DNA of 32,268 nucleotides, from the NCBI GenBank assembly GCA_004431415.1, contig QPMI01000006.1:1-32268 (forward strand), written 5' to 3'. This document shows, one piece after another, positions 31,302 through 32,268 of the stretch (its first letter is position 1; the number at the start of each line of letters is the position of its first letter). The notes under the pieces are model-generated. The model made no database searches. It was not told where the DNA came from and saw only the letters and a program-made list of their open reading frames with translations. The DNA comes from Cyanophora paradoxa CCMP329. Lineage: Eukaryota; Plantae; Glaucophyta. The position numbers and the translations under genes were made by a program.

Positions 31302-32268
31302 TTATACACTTCGAATAAATGCACCTGTCACATCCACTCTCATAGTTGGGTGTTGATGTATACAAGTGGATAAATTCGAATATACCTTGTCCTCAGAGGG
31401 TAGCCAATATAGAAAACGTCTTTTATAGAGGTGGGATACCCAGAACTGTATGAGACATCACCACTATTATGGGCATTATTGATAGTTTCACACATGAACA
31501 CTCTGTTGACACCTTCATACTTGATAAATGACCAGGAAACACCATCTTGTGATGTTGCAACATTGAAGGTCTTAATAAAAGCGTCTGTCACACCAGAACC
31601 ATATGCAATTATAGATGCTACCTCAAATATATATGGGAAGGATACTTGCAGATACTCAGTGGGAACACTCCATATTCCATCAGGAGCAGATGCATTTGCC
31701 TCCCAACCTGTTAATGAAGGTCTTGCTTTAAATGCCTCCCTTCCAATTTTCGATGATGAAGCAGTGAATGCACCATCTGATAGAAGATACCAGTTAGCAT
31801 CAATGGGAGGTATGTTATTCAGAGTGGATGATATATAGAACCTTGCAGGGTTCTTGATTTCGTAATTTGCAACCAGTAAATCACAGAGTCTATCAATCAT
31901 CACAGTGTTTGCTGCTATGTACATTTCGGTTGCATCTATCATATCTGGGATCTTAGAGGTATCATCCAAAGAGTTTACTATGGTCTTTGGAAGTGGAACA
32001 GAGAGTCTATAATATCTTGCATATCCTTGATCATCATTGTATGGGAGAAACTCTTGCATCTTTTCCAGAGCAGAGAGTTCACTTGCAGCCATCAACATAT
32101 TGATTAATGGACTTCCAGAGGTCGAAGCAATCCAAGAGAGGATGCCCCAGCTGTTCACATCTTCATAAGAGTAACCCACATTTGGAGCATCTGTTTCATT
32201 GACTTCACCACAGGATATACTTATCACTATAATATCATCATCATCATCATAGATCTTCTTAGCATGAC
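31302..32268 (-). CDS. Patatin-like phospholipase (C-terminal half) fused to an F5/8 type C (discoidin) domain; 5' end outside window; frameshift near 31350
   Basis: AKKIY..IIVISISCG, WGILSW..PLINMLMAAS, YYRL, LDDTS match the patatin C-half. FTASS, EYLQV, SQDGVSW, RTRYIRIYP match discoidin, whose last strand (MRVDVTG) is in another frame ending TAA 31304-31302. Confidence 0.8.

Larger units (their letters stand above)
15510..32268. mobile_element. Endogenous Polinton-like virus / Maverick-type element; left end between 15510 and 15888, right end outside window
   Basis: Abrupt drop in GC; dense intronless ORFs for MCP, two minor capsid proteins, A32 ATPase, D5-type primase-helicase, pPolB and rve integrase; repeat-rich left end. 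Confidence 0.95.

Overview
The window has two compartments. Bases 1 to ~15,500 are GC-rich, intron-rich nuclear DNA of a photosynthetic eukaryote (GTGCG...GCAG introns; a glaucophyte such as Cyanophora is inferred, not proven). They hold the 3' exons of phytoene desaturase, an F-box/LRR gene, a probably plastid-targeted gene plus a truncated paralog, a ~150-bp satellite, and a gag-bearing LTR retrotransposon. The two identical LTRs share a 5-bp target-site duplication but face opposite ways, and reversing one segment rejoins a split host gene, so this is an inversion or misassembly. From ~15,510 to the window end is an AT-rich, apparently intronless endogenous Polinton-like virus. It encodes two head-to-head penton-like minor capsid proteins, a major capsid protein, an A32 packaging ATPase, an AT-hook protein, a PrimPol/D5 primase-helicase, a protein-primed PolB with a degenerate proofreading domain, an rve integrase and a patatin-discoidin fusion. 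The most striking unexplained structure is a non-coding module present three times: three 9-bp TGTGACGCC-type repeats, an exactly 49-bp AT-rich spacer, then three inverted repeats. One copy lies directly after the primase-helicase gene, which resembles the iteron origins of P4/SaPI-type satellites. All calls come from motif reading by eye; no database searches were run.
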